39,232 bases of DNA from Mucilaginibacter sp. (GCF_036383575.1 NZ_DASVOB010000052.1:1-39232); one strand, 5' to 3'. Numbered from the stretch's first letter, positions 27,929 to 37,743 are shown. Translations and numbers: made by a program. Notes: generated from the letters alone by a model not told the origin.

Positions 27929-27960
27929 AAAAAAGCATCCAATTTTATCAATGGATGCTT
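27929..27960 (-). terminator. Intrinsic terminator after the cold-shock gene
   Basis: AAGCATCCA...TGGATGCTT stem with a U-run on the minus strand. Confidence 0.7.
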
Positions 27961-27983
27961 CAGCGAATTTGATATTGTGGTGA

Positions 27984-28178
27984 TTAGATTACTTTAACAT
28001 TGATCGCATTAAGACCTTTGCGGCCTTCTTCTACATCGTAAGCTACCTGGTCATTGTCGCGGATCTCGTCAATTAAACCTGTAACGTGCACGAAAATTTC
28101 ACTTCTGTTGTCATTTTGTGAAATAAATCCAAAGCCCTTTGTGGCGTTAAAAAATTTCACAGTTCCTTCTTTTTGCAT
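27984..28178 (-). CDS. Cold-shock protein (CspA family)
   Basis: GTVKFFNATKGFGFI (RNP1), IFVH (RNP2), GRKGLNAINV; ATG at 28178. Confidence 0.96.
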   Translation of the reverse strand: MQKEGTVKFFNATKGFGFISQNDNRSEIFVHVTGLIDEIRDNDQVAYDVEEGRKGLNAINVKVI

Positions 28179-28449
28179 TATATCTTTTTTAATAAGCACG
28201 CAAGGTACAAATTAAATTTCGTTATTTATTTTTTATTTAAAATACTTAACAGAAAGTTAAATTGATTATTACATATCACTTCTACCAATTTGAAGCCTAA
28301 TGTACCCGTAGTTTGTTTTTTTTCGGATCAGACTGGCTGTTCATCGCTGTCATGCCCCGACTTATATTGGGTAATATTCAGTCTTGCCCTATTACAGGCC
28401 GTAGCGATCAATTATTGACCTTTATACGTTTTCCGGCAAACCATGCTTT

Positions 28450-28932
28450 TTAACCTCTTTCATGTTTCCATTTCTTTTTCAAGCTGCAGTAAACTATATC
28501 GCCTTCTGCTGCTTTCCATCGTTTATAAAAGATGGTTGCTGTTGCCGCTTTCTCCGGCTCGCCAGTTCCTCCCTCCATTTGTGCATAATCACCGTCAGCA
28601 TCATATTTTTTGCCGCCTTTGTAATTCGCATATCGGCGGGCACGGGTGTAACCCATCTGTAAATACTTGCGTGCCATGTCTGCCCCCACAAAATCACTGT
28701 TATCTATGTATGTTTCGAACAAATTGAATATCTTTTCGCTGCTCTGTTCGGCGACTTCCTCGTTAAGAAAACGCCAATACTGCCCGATTTCACTTTTATA
28801 AGGTTCGCAGATCATAACACCCTGTTCCCCCTTCCCTACCCGGTACAACTCCGGGTGTTCCCGATAATTGATATCCGGTTTCCAGGCATAAGAAGACTTG
28901 TCAAAATCCAGGTAAGATGGCCGGTTAGTCAT
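28450..28932 (-). CDS. DUF4385 family protein
   Basis: YRVGKGEQGV..CEPYKSEI...WRF, DFVGADMARKYLQMGYTRARRYANYKGG; ATG at 28932. Confidence 0.88.
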   Translation of the reverse strand: MTNRPSYLDFDKSSYAWKPDINYREHPELYRVGKGEQGVMICEPYKSEIGQYWRFLNEEVAEQSSEKIFNLFETYIDNSDFVGADMARKYLQMGYTRARRYANYKGGKKYDADGDYAQMEGGTGEPEKAATATIFYKRWKAAEGDIVYCSLKKKWKHERG

Positions 28933-28948
28933 ATCTAAAAGCGTGCAC

Positions 28949-28978
28949 AAAAAAAGCCGCCCGATGAGGCGGCTTTTT
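28949..28978. terminator. Bidirectional intrinsic terminator
   Basis: AAAAAAAGCCGCC-CGATGA-GGCGGCTTTTT. Confidence 0.85.
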
Positions 28979-28993
28979 AAAATTATTAGTTCA

Positions 28994-29449
28994 TTAGTTT
29001 TTAGCAGCATCGCGCAAAGCCTTGATCTGGTCATGCGCCGCGTTGATCTCCGTAGCCTGACTGCTAACCGTTTGTACGGCTTCGGCCGGCAATTCGCCGC
29101 CACTCAGGGCATCGTTGTAAGCTTTTTTGATCGCATCCTCACCACGCTCTGCTTCTGAAAGGATACTGGCGCGGTCATTACCCCCGAAGATCGATTTCAC
29201 ATCAATCCAGGCACGGTGCAAAGTTCCGCCCACGCTATTTCCAGTTTCTACTTCTTCGGCGTCGCCAACCAATGCAGCTAACTCCTGGCCATTTTTGCGG
29301 CTTTGCTCCGCATAACCCTGGAACAACCCCTTCAGGTCAATGTTTTCGTCTTTAATATCCGCGATCGCTTTTTCAAAACCCGCTACACGGTCGTTGTTAA
29401 TCTCGATCAGGTCGTTCAGTACGCCTGTTGCATTTGTTGTAGTTGCCAT
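28994..29449 (-). CDS. PA2169 family four-helix-bundle (ferritin-like, DUF2383) protein
   Basis: LNDLIEINNDRVAGF, GTLHRAWIDVK, EAERGEDAIKKAY. Confidence 0.92.
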   Translation of the reverse strand: MATTTNATGVLNDLIEINNDRVAGFEKAIADIKDENIDLKGLFQGYAEQSRKNGQELAALVGDAEEVETGNSVGGTLHRAWIDVKSIFGGNDRASILSEAERGEDAIKKAYNDALSGGELPAEAVQTVSSQATEINAAHDQIKALRDAAKN

Positions 29450-29482
29450 AATGTTTTTCTTTTTAGATAGGCTTCATACAGT

Positions 29483-29498
29483 CCCAATATCATGCCAA
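29483..29498 (-). promoter_or_regulatory. Sigma-54-like -24/-12 motif
   Basis: TTGGCATGATATTGGG, ~34 nt upstream of the PA2169 ATG. Confidence 0.5.
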
Positions 29499-29523
29499 AT
29501 ATCGTCATCACCGGTATTTTGCC

Positions 29524-29805
29524 ATGTCGGGAGTTATAATTGGGCTTATTATTTATTTAAGCCACCTTGTTCGGCAAACTATAGAAGCCGTTAGTAAATT
29601 AATTAACCAAAATGAATTTGATTTCATGGCACCGTTTTTTAGCATACCTTATTTCATTTTGCTATATGAAATTTATGAGGCAGTTTTTAAGTCTTCATTG
29701 GCAAATTTGGCGAATAGCGAGAGCAAAATGATAACCGTGCTGCTTTATCCATTCTTTGTATTATTAGCTGAATTAATAGTAAAGTTAAAAGATTCGAAAG
29801 AGTAA
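29524..29805 (+). CDS. Hypothetical membrane protein or fragment
   Basis: AT-rich 93-aa ORF with hydrophobic stretches; no recognisable family. Confidence 0.35.
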   Translation: MSGVIIGLIIYLSHLVRQTIEAVSKLINQNEFDFMAPFFSIPYFILLYEIYEAVFKSSLANLANSESKMITVLLYPFFVLLAELIVKLKDSKE

Positions 29806-30112
29806 TACATATCCAGGCTTTGGAAAATCGCCGAAAACATTGGATTGTTCTCAAATGGTACGACTTATGTCTATTATGGGGGCGTAAGTTTGGTTCATAG
29901 AAAATGCTCTTGAAAAGTTTATCGGTAGCGTTATCAGACCAGCAATCGCTGTTTGTTCGGGTTCACGTTTGTTATTTTACAAACAAATAGGATAAATATC
30001 GCATAGTATTGCACGGTTATCCACATTCCGGGTAACAGGATAGTACCAAAAATGACCTGAATTTTGTATCTCCAAGGGAGCTGAATAGTTCGGTACTACC
30101 GAAGATTACTGT

Positions 30113-30145
30113 AAAAAACCTCCTTAATTTTTTAAGGAGGTTTTT
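30113..30145. terminator. Bidirectional intrinsic terminator downstream of the RND operon
   Basis: AAAAAACCTCCTTAA-TTTT-TTAAGGAGGTTTTT. Confidence 0.85.
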
Positions 30146-30179
30146 CTATTTTAAACTTATTCACCTTAAAACGAATTAG

Positions 30180-33100
30180 CTAAGCCATTTCATCATCACT
30201 TTCCAAATGCGGCGGGATCAATTTATACATCACGGGAGTCACGATCCGCGAAAGAATAGTAGAGCTGATCAGCCCGCCGATCAAAACAATAGCTAATGGT
30301 GCGATAAGCGGATTAGGGTTCAAGGCGATTGGAAGCAAACCGCATATTGCCGTTATAGAAGTGAGCACAACAGGAAGAAAACGGGTTTCACCGGCCCTAT
30401 GGATCGCTTCATCAATGCTGTGTCCTTCGAGGCGCAACTGGTTAGTAAAATCAACAAGCAACAGTGAATTTTTAACCTGTATGCCTGATAAGCCAATGAA
30501 ACCGATGATGGATACCAGCGACATGGGATTACCGGTAAAGAGCAGGAATACCACGCCGCCAAGAACTCCCAGAGGTATGATCGATAACACGATAATGATC
30601 CCTTTGAACGTTTTAAATTGCAGCAGCAATACCCCGATAAAAAGGAAGGTGCTCAAAATAATTACAGAAAGGAAGTTGCCGCCTAACGCATCGCCTTCAG
30701 ACTCCGCTTCGCCTGAAAGTTTGTAATAATAACCCGGCGGCATTTTTAACTTGTTCAGTTGCGGCACAATGTTCTTCAGGATATCATTAGCCAGTACATG
30801 CTCTTTGGTTAGGGATGTCACCTTTGCAAATCGTGATTTATTAAAATGATTGATCGCTGTGGGTGACGTTTCAAACGAAATGGTGGCGATCTGGTCAACC
30901 AGTACCGGGGTACCCTGCACATTATTTACATACAGGTTTTTGAAAGCATCGAGGTTAGAGAATTTATTTCTTGGAAGTGTGATCACAACGTTGCGGGAAT
31001 CGCCCCTGTCATCGATATAGTCCCCAACATTTAAGCCCGCTACCGCCATACGAATCACCTTGTCTACATCGCTGGTCAGCACACCTAAAGTACGGGCCTT
31101 CTCTTTATCGATTTTTATTTTAACATCCGATTTATAGATATTCAGCTCATTGTTGACGTAAAAAGTACCGGGATCTTTTTTAAGGATCTCTTCCACTTTA
31201 AATGAAAGGGAGCGTAATGTATCCTGGTTTTCTCCAAATACCCTAACCACGATATTGGCTTCGATAGGCGTTCCCTGTTCAAAGTCTTTCACTTCGATCC
31301 TTGCATAAGGAAAGTCGTTGAATTTCTTGCGCAGTTGCTTGATCAGATCAGTTTTTTCACCGGGGCTGGCCTCTTCATCCAGTTGAACAAATATCTGGGC
31401 AAAGTCAGGTTTTATATCCTGCTGATGTACATTGTAATAGATCTGCGGGTTACCCTTACCTACGTTAGACGTATAAAAAACGATCTCTTTATGTTTCTTC
31501 AACTCACTTTCCACCAATTTGGTTACACGGTCACTTTCCGGAATATCAGCCTGTAGGGGCAATTTAATATTGATCAGGAACATCGGTTTTTCAGAGGTTG
31601 GGAAAAGCTTGAATCCTGTTTGTGTAAACAGGAAAAAGGCAAGTCCGCTCAGGGCCAATGATATTCCAATAGTAGCTTTAGGCCATTTTAAGGCAATCGG
31701 CATCACCCGTGCATAAGAGCGGGTCAGGAACCTTTGCAGGTGTTTTAAAAAGAAATTGCCCTCGCCATGTGTATGCGTTTTTAACATCCGGCTACCCAGG
31801 AAAGGGACAAGTGTTAAGGCTACGATCATAGAAGCCAAAACGCTGGTCATTACAGCCATCGGCAGGCTACGGATAAACTCACCGGCCATATCAGGTAAAA
31901 AGGCAAGCGGCAAAAACGCGATAACTAAGGTCGCGGTACACCCTACAACTGCTACACCGATCTGCTTTGTCCCCTTTAAGATAGCATCCTTACGGGAATG
32001 TCCTTCCCTCAGCCAACGCTCTATGTTCTCCACCACCACAATACTATCGTCCACCAGTAGCCCCAAGGCCACTACAAGCCCAACAATGCTGAGTTGATTT
32101 AACGAGTACCCCAATAAATTCATTGCTATAAGCCCCAGTGCCAGCGAAAGCGGAATGGAGATCATCACGATCAGCGACGCCCTGAACCCCAACGGCAGCA
32201 GGGTGATGACAACCAGCAAGATGGCTAACCCAAAGTCAAAACCCAGATGGCCCAAACGCCTGGATACCATATTGGCCTGATCGAAGTTTTTGACCATCCT
32301 GATGTTTTCAGGCAGGCTTTTGCCAAACTCATCCAGTACCGGCAAAAACTCTTTCTGAACACTGGCAATATTCACGTTATCTTTCATTTCCGCTGTAACC
32401 AGTACACTGCGATGGCCGTTTAACCGAACAATATGGTCTATTGTGCCATCCTTATAGCTTACATCAGCTACATCCTTCAGATATACGATCTTGCCATTCG
32501 CATTATAAATAACCGTATTGGCCACATCATCAACACTCTTGAATTTGCCGCTGGTTTTTACATTAAAAATCTTGCTGTCGAGGTTGATGCTCCCGCCGGG
32601 GATATCTGCCGCTTCGCTTTGCAAACTGCCTATGACCACATTAAGCGGTATTTTCAATTGGGCCAGTTTATCCAGCTGCATATCTATACGGATCTCCTGT
32701 TCGGGCATACCGAAATACTTCACCTCTTTTAAGTTGGTGATCTTCTCTAATTGTGTTTTCAGGATGTCTGCTTTATCCCGCAGTAATTTACCGGAGGCGT
32801 TGTCTGATATAAGTGCGACTTGTAACACCTTTACGTCAGAAGAGGAAACCTTTTCTGTTTTAATGAGGTAAATATCTTTGGGTAGTTCACTGTTTTTTAA
32901 AGCATTGATTTCTGTAGAAATTTCCTGGTATTTATTGTCCACATCTACGCCATATTTAAACTTGGGCTGAATGACCGCTACACCGTCCTCTACCGTTGTC
33001 AGGATCTTTTCAATATTCTCCAGTCCATATATCTTATTCTCAATGGGTTTCACCACCTGTTCTTCCATATCCTTTGGACTGGTACCGGGGTAAATGACCG

Positions 33101-33242
33101 TAATGATATACTGCGGCGGATGGGTGGTCGGGTCTTCCGAACGGGGCATGGTAAACAGCGTGAGCAAGCCGACAACTGCCACCAAAAGGAATATGATCAG
33201 CGTGAACTGATAATTCTTAACGGCAAAATTTGTAATTTTCAT
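30180..33242 (-). CDS. RND efflux permease (AcrB/AcrD/AcrF family)
   Basis: GLLVDDSIVVVENI, KNSLLLVDF, RFLPVVLTS; ATG at 33242 (MKITNFAV). Confidence 0.95.
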   Translation of the reverse strand: MKITNFAVKNYQFTLIIFLLVAVVGLLTLFTMPRSEDPTTHPPQYIITVIYPGTSPKDMEEQVVKPIENKIYGLENIEKILTTVEDGVAVIQPKFKYGVDVDNKYQEISTEINALKNSELPKDIYLIKTEKVSSSDVKVLQVALISDNASGKLLRDKADILKTQLEKITNLKEVKYFGMPEQEIRIDMQLDKLAQLKIPLNVVIGSLQSEAADIPGGSINLDSKIFNVKTSGKFKSVDDVANTVIYNANGKIVYLKDVADVSYKDGTIDHIVRLNGHRSVLVTAEMKDNVNIASVQKEFLPVLDEFGKSLPENIRMVKNFDQANMVSRRLGHLGFDFGLAILLVVITLLPLGFRASLIVMISIPLSLALGLIAMNLLGYSLNQLSIVGLVVALGLLVDDSIVVVENIERWLREGHSRKDAILKGTKQIGVAVVGCTATLVIAFLPLAFLPDMAGEFIRSLPMAVMTSVLASMIVALTLVPFLGSRMLKTHTHGEGNFFLKHLQRFLTRSYARVMPIALKWPKATIGISLALSGLAFFLFTQTGFKLFPTSEKPMFLINIKLPLQADIPESDRVTKLVESELKKHKEIVFYTSNVGKGNPQIYYNVHQQDIKPDFAQIFVQLDEEASPGEKTDLIKQLRKKFNDFPYARIEVKDFEQGTPIEANIVVRVFGENQDTLRSLSFKVEEILKKDPGTFYVNNELNIYKSDVKIKIDKEKARTLGVLTSDVDKVIRMAVAGLNVGDYIDDRGDSRNVVITLPRNKFSNLDAFKNLYVNNVQGTPVLVDQIATISFETSPTAINHFNKSRFAKVTSLTKEHVLANDILKNIVPQLNKLKMPPGYYYKLSGEAESEGDALGGNFLSVIILSTFLFIGVLLLQFKTFKGIIIVLSIIPLGVLGGVVFLLFTGNPMSLVSIIGFIGLSGIQVKNSLLLVDFTNQLRLEGHSIDEAIHRAGETRFLPVVLTSITAICGLLPIALNPNPLIAPLAIVLIGGLISSTILSRIVTPVMYKLIPPHLESDDEMA

Positions 33243-33246
33243 GGCC

Positions 33247-34299
33247 TTACTTAATAATTTTAATAAAAGACTGTTCGTTGAGGTAGGCACTGTTGGAGAT
33301 CACGATCTGGTCTATACCGTCAAGCTTATCTTTCAGGTACACGTTTTCGTTATCAAACTTCAGAATGGTAACCGGTACTCTTTTTACCCGCGTTGCGCTA
33401 ATGGTCGTAAATACAAAACCTTTGTTGCCATCAGCCTCTACTAATGATCCGTATGGGATGACCATCACACTTTTATCCTGGTGGGTGGCTATCTCCGCTT
33501 TCCCAAACATGCCGACTGCAGGTTTTAGGCCGTTCAATTGCAATTTTAGTTCTATCTGGAATGAGCCCAGTTCTCGATCAGCCGCCTGCGACTTACGGAA
33601 CACGGTGGCATCAAACGTTTGACCGGCATAGCCGTCAAGCTTTACTTTGGCTGTTTGCCCCGGTTTAATGAGAGCCCATTCGCGGTCTGTTACACCCACT
33701 TTAAGTGAATAGCTGTTTCGCTGTTCGGTAGAGTTGGTCAGCAGCACCGGCATCCCTTCGGCAATTACCTCGCCTTCGTTGGCTATTTTCTTGCTTACAA
33801 AACCGTCAGATGCCGCGTATATTTTAGAGTAGCGCTCATTAAAGGCTATTGCTTCCCTAGCTTTTTGAGCAACATCCAAAGCTGTTTTGGTATTCTGTAA
33901 TTGTTCCAACGTGTAAACGCTGTCTTTGTAAAGACTCAGCGCCCTGCTATAGTCACGTTGTGCCTTTTCTACACCCAAACTGGATTGGGTTAAACCGGCT
34001 GAAATTTCCGTGGAGTTAAGGCTTGCCAATAACTGACCCTGCTTAAAGAACTGGCCTTCCTGCACGAAGATCCGGCTGATCACGCCGCCTATTTTAAAGG
34101 CGTATCTGGCTTCATCCTCTGTGCTGACCAGGCCAGTGGCGGTAACCTGATCGGGTACGCCTAATGTAGACACCGAAGCGGTTTTAACAGGTATAATATC
34201 CGGTTCGCCTGTTGGGTTTCCTTCCTTGTGTTTTTCTTTGCAGGATGCCATTAAGGTTAATGCTGCTATAATAATGCTGTATAATTGTAAGTTTTTCAT
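33247..34299 (-). CDS. RND periplasmic adaptor (membrane fusion lipoprotein)
   Basis: LMASC lipobox, FKIGGVISRIFVQEGQ lipoyl motif, hairpin, PAVGMFG. Confidence 0.93.
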   Translation of the reverse strand: MKNLQLYSIIIAALTLMASCKEKHKEGNPTGEPDIIPVKTASVSTLGVPDQVTATGLVSTEDEARYAFKIGGVISRIFVQEGQFFKQGQLLASLNSTEISAGLTQSSLGVEKAQRDYSRALSLYKDSVYTLEQLQNTKTALDVAQKAREAIAFNERYSKIYAASDGFVSKKIANEGEVIAEGMPVLLTNSTEQRNSYSLKVGVTDREWALIKPGQTAKVKLDGYAGQTFDATVFRKSQAADRELGSFQIELKLQLNGLKPAVGMFGKAEIATHQDKSVMVIPYGSLVEADGNKGFVFTTISATRVKRVPVTILKFDNENVYLKDKLDGIDQIVISNSAYLNEQSFIKIIK

Positions 34300-34308
34300 G
34301 ATCTTATT

Positions 34309-35670
34309 TTATTGAATGGTGAAACTGGCGTTGGCACGTTCGATGGCTGTATTGGCGATCCAGGTATCGTAAAGGGCAATATTGGCGTTAAGCTGCGCAT
34401 CTATCCACTGGTTTTGTGCATCCAGCAACTCAATGTAAATAGCCATTCCTTGTTTGTATAGCTTCAGCTCATCATTGTAGTAGGTCTGGCTGGTCTTCAG
34501 TTGGGATTGAGCAGCATTATATTGCGCTATCGCACTCTGCATACCGGACTGCCGTACCTTCAATTCGGTCAGCAGTTGTTGCTGCACATAATCCGTTTGC
34601 GAGGCAAGCGCCTGTTGGTCTGAAAGGGTTTGTTTGATCCGGTTACTATGCCTGCCAAAGGAAAACAGGTTCCATTCGAGTGAAACACCCAGGAAATAAT
34701 ACTTGCTTTGACTGTTAACTTTCCAATCGAAAGCTTGCGAGCCCAGATCAAGATAGGTGCCGACCTTGGGGATGAGGTAAGACTTAGCAAGCCCGGTCAG
34801 GTTGCCGTTGATATCTTTCGCAATCCTTAGTTTGGACAGTTCCTCCCTACCGCTAACGCTACTTCCTAAGCTTTGATCTTGCGAAGGCAATTCGGTTATG
34901 TTATCCAACTGTACACTGTCCGTCAGCGGGCGGTTCAGCAAAAAGTTGAAATAATAGCGGGCAGACTCGGCGGTTTTGGTGGCCGTAGTAAGTGAGGCAT
35001 TGATCCTGGACACTTCGTTCTGGCTTCTCAGCACAACAGTTCGGTTTACCTTGCTGTTGTCGTACAGTTTGGTATTGATCCGCAGTCCTTCTTCAACCAG
35101 CCGGAGCGAAGATTCGTAGATACTGGTCGCACTGGCAGCTTTTAAATAGCTATAGTAAGCTGTTTTGATCTCTTTAACTAATTCGCGTTTATAAAGCAGC
35201 ACTTCGGTCTTTTGCAGGTCTACCTGCTGCTGTTTGATCCGTTTATTATAGATCAGTTCTGCATTTAAAATGGGTAGGCTTGTACGAAACTTCGCATCAT
35301 AAAAATTATCCGGGTTGAGCAGGATACTTTGATTTTGCAATTGTGGAAAGGAATTACTTCCTGTCAGCCGGTTTAATGTAGCATAAGCTCCGTTAAGCAG
35401 ATCGCCGGTAGGGAAATCTATGGTGCGCCCGCCATCAGCTTTAGTATAGGTTGTTGAAAAAGTAACATCAGGCAGGAACATACTCTTGGCTTCCTTTAAT
35501 GCGTAGATGTTTTTTTCAAGTACAAAATTCTGCTGCCTGATGCTCTCGTTTGAGGCAAGGCCCTGCCGGATGTATTCATCCAGCTTGCCTTGAGCTTTTG
35601 CAAAGGGTGCAACCAGCAGGGCTGACGATAAAAGCAAAAGCTGATAAAATAATTGACTTTTAAATTTCAT
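34309..35670 (-). CDS. TolC family outer-membrane efflux protein
   Basis: Signal peptide, OEP repeats, YKQGMAIYIELLDAQ. Confidence 0.93.
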   Translation of the reverse strand: MKFKSQLFYQLLLLSSALLVAPFAKAQGKLDEYIRQGLASNESIRQQNFVLEKNIYALKEAKSMFLPDVTFSTTYTKADGGRTIDFPTGDLLNGAYATLNRLTGSNSFPQLQNQSILLNPDNFYDAKFRTSLPILNAELIYNKRIKQQQVDLQKTEVLLYKRELVKEIKTAYYSYLKAASATSIYESSLRLVEEGLRINTKLYDNSKVNRTVVLRSQNEVSRINASLTTATKTAESARYYFNFLLNRPLTDSVQLDNITELPSQDQSLGSSVSGREELSKLRIAKDINGNLTGLAKSYLIPKVGTYLDLGSQAFDWKVNSQSKYYFLGVSLEWNLFSFGRHSNRIKQTLSDQQALASQTDYVQQQLLTELKVRQSGMQSAIAQYNAAQSQLKTSQTYYNDELKLYKQGMAIYIELLDAQNQWIDAQLNANIALYDTWIANTAIERANASFTIQ

Positions 35671-35690
35671 TTTTAATCATTGTTATAATT

Positions 35691-35705
35691 TTAAACACCG
35701 TTCAA
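35691..35705. promoter_or_regulatory. Second TetR operator-like site upstream of tolC
   Basis: TTAAACACCGTTCAA, 13/15 identical to the core of the 37200 palindrome. Confidence 0.65.
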
Positions 35706-35724
35706 TTTAGTATCAAAAAAAAGG

Positions 35725-36333
35725 CTAACTCTTTTCGAGCAGCGCTACAAAACACTCGTAGCCATGTTCCATCAATTCTTCATTTGTTTTGTCCATAAAG
35801 TTGGTGGTACGGTCCTTGCAGAACAGCGCGCAAATACCATGAATTGCAGACAGGAACATGAAAGTCAAATATTCTGCGTCCATATCCTTGAATTTTCCTT
35901 TCTGCTGGCATTCCTTTATAACACCCAATAGCTGACTGATCGCTTCCTGTGCTATTTGAAATCCGCCTGATTGTGGGTCTTTGACAGGTTCTTCAACAAT
36001 AAACATCAGATTGTAATAATCTTTGTTCTCCTGTGCGAATTGAATAAAAATGCGTCCAGAAGCCTTTAAACGCTCAAATGGATCAGCTACCTTGTCCAAT
36101 ACTTTTAACTGGTTAAGCAGCAGCCGGAACCCTTCCTTATGTAATTCGTGAAAGATCTCGCTCTTATCTTTGAAGTAAAAATAAAGCGAGCCCTGGCTGT
36201 AACTGATCTCAGCTGCGATATTGCGCATACTGGCTTTTTCATAGCCCTTCTCCAAAAATATCTTACGCGCACCGTTAAGGATGCGTTTGTGCATTTCCTG
36301 TTTCTCTCTTAATTTTCTTTCTGCTATGCCCAT
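35725..36333 (-). CDS. TetR/AcrR family regulator
   Basis: MGIAERK...ILNGARKIFLEKGYEKASMRNIA..ISYSQGSLYFYFKDK; ATG at 36333. Confidence 0.95.
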   Translation of the reverse strand: MGIAERKLREKQEMHKRILNGARKIFLEKGYEKASMRNIAAEISYSQGSLYFYFKDKSEIFHELHKEGFRLLLNQLKVLDKVADPFERLKASGRIFIQFAQENKDYYNLMFIVEEPVKDPQSGGFQIAQEAISQLLGVIKECQQKGKFKDMDAEYLTFMFLSAIHGICALFCKDRTTNFMDKTNEELMEHGYECFVALLEKS

Positions 36334-36404
36334 TTTTAGATGATTATAAGATACAAATATATGATCGCCACTCGTGTGGCCAAATTCCACATTGGTATTT
36401 CTGC

Positions 36405-37166
36405 TTAATTCTGCATCCCTGGGCTGATCTTGCCCATGATGCTTACCGCCGCCTTTCTGTTCAATAACTTGAAACCGAACAGCATAAAACGGTTCTTCCA
36501 ACCTTGCACTACTCTTGGCTTTTGCCTTTTCTGCAGCGCTTTTACAAGCTCAGTAGCAACATTTTCTACAGAAGAAACAACAAACTCAGGAAAGGAACTC
36601 GTGTGCCTGCCCGCATGCACATGAAAGTCAGAGTTTGCCGCACCTGGATTAAAGCCCAACACGAAAATACCTTTGGGTTTGAACTCATACCATAGCGATT
36701 CCGAAAAGTTGGCGACAAAACTCTTAGTGGCCGCATACACGGAACCGCCAGGGAGTGAAGAATGGGCAAGCAGCGAGCCGATGTTGACCAGTGCGTCACC
36801 TTTGGTTGCTTTCTGTAAGAAGCTATAAGACAGAGTCACCAAAGCTTGCATATTGAGCTTCATGGTGGCCAACTGGTCTTCCAGTGCGATATCCGTAAAC
36901 TGGCCGTAAGTGCCGGTACCTGCATTGTTGATCAGGAGGTCGTACTTTTCGGCACTGAGATGTGCTGCCAGCTTTTGCAGATCGTCTGTATTGTTTAGAT
37001 CAGCGACCAGTATCGTGTGGCCGCTGCCATTTAAACTGCTTAACGCTTGTTCAAGGCGCTCCCTGTTACGGGCAACCAGTGTGATCTGGTAATTCTGTTG
37101 AGCCAGTTGCCGGGCTGTTTCGAACCCGATGCCTCCGCTGGCTCCTGTGATTAATGCTTTTTTCAT
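36405..37166 (-). CDS. Short-chain dehydrogenase/reductase
   Basis: TGASGGIG, NNAG, YAATK. Confidence 0.95.
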   Translation of the reverse strand: MKKALITGASGGIGFETARQLAQQNYQITLVARNRERLEQALSSLNGSGHTILVADLNNTDDLQKLAAHLSAEKYDLLINNAGTGTYGQFTDIALEDQLATMKLNMQALVTLSYSFLQKATKGDALVNIGSLLAHSSLPGGSVYAATKSFVANFSESLWYEFKPKGIFVLGFNPGAANSDFHVHAGRHTSSFPEFVVSSVENVATELVKALQKRQKPRVVQGWKNRFMLFGFKLLNRKAAVSIMGKISPGMQN

Positions 37167-37199
37167 GATGACTTGGATTAATTTAAAACCGGGACAAAT

Positions 37200-37220
37200 T
37201 TATTGAACACTGTTCAATAA
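37200..37220. promoter_or_regulatory. Perfect palindromic operator overlapping a -7 promoter element
   Basis: TTATTGAACA-C-TGTTCAATAA; TAAATTTG on the minus strand at 37195-37202. Confidence 0.75.
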
Positions 37221-37335
37221 AACAAAAACAATAAGTCACCATTTTAAAATCTGACATTAAAAACAGGAAACATTAGGCGATGAAGTTCAAACAATATGGA
37301 TCGTCACCGCAGAGAAAGGATGACTAAAGAAATAA

Positions 37336-37686
37336 TTACTCCCGATCCGTCACTTTCTTTCGGTGATTCAGCCCCCAGTCTTTGAGGGAATAAATGATAG
37401 GTGTCAGCGTATCGGCATATTCAGCTAATTGATAGGTGATCTTCACCGGGTAACCATCGATAACGATCCTGTTGACCAAACGATGCTGTTCCAGGTCTTT
37501 CAGTTCTTTGGCCAAAACTTTGGGTGTTATACCGGGGATACTTTCCTGTATGTCAGTGAACCGGTCGTTTCCAATACCTACAGAAATGATTATTGGCAGT
37601 TTCCATTTACCATTGATCACGTCGAGTGCATCCCTTACAGGCTTAATCGTTTCAATGCAATCACAATGTGTTTTTTTAGCAGCCAT
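37336..37686 (-). CDS. HxlR-family winged-helix regulator
   Basis: ALDVINGKWKLPII, IPGITPKVLAKELKDLE, LKDWG; N-terminal Cys residues; ATG at 37686. Confidence 0.93.
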   Translation of the reverse strand: MAAKKTHCDCIETIKPVRDALDVINGKWKLPIIISVGIGNDRFTDIQESIPGITPKVLAKELKDLEQHRLVNRIVIDGYPVKITYQLAEYADTLTPIIYSLKDWGLNHRKKVTDRE

Positions 37687-37708
37687 AAATCTTAACAAAA
37701 ACTATTTC

Positions 37709-37743
37709 ACTTTCCTTTGGGAAAATACTATACAAAGGAAAGT
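37709..37743. promoter_or_regulatory. Inverted repeat, candidate HxlR operator
   Basis: ACTTTCCTTTG-N13-CAAAGGAAAGT in the divergent intergenic region. Confidence 0.6.

Noticed and set aside
28933-29103. N-terminal extension of the DUF4385 ORF
   Set aside because: It overlaps PA2169 and crosses a terminator; ATG 28932 fits the family start.
36334-36501. N-terminal extension of TetR (likewise the extensions of the RND, Csp and 9208 ORFs)
   Set aside because: They overlap upstream genes or regulatory elements; downstream ATGs match the family N-termini.
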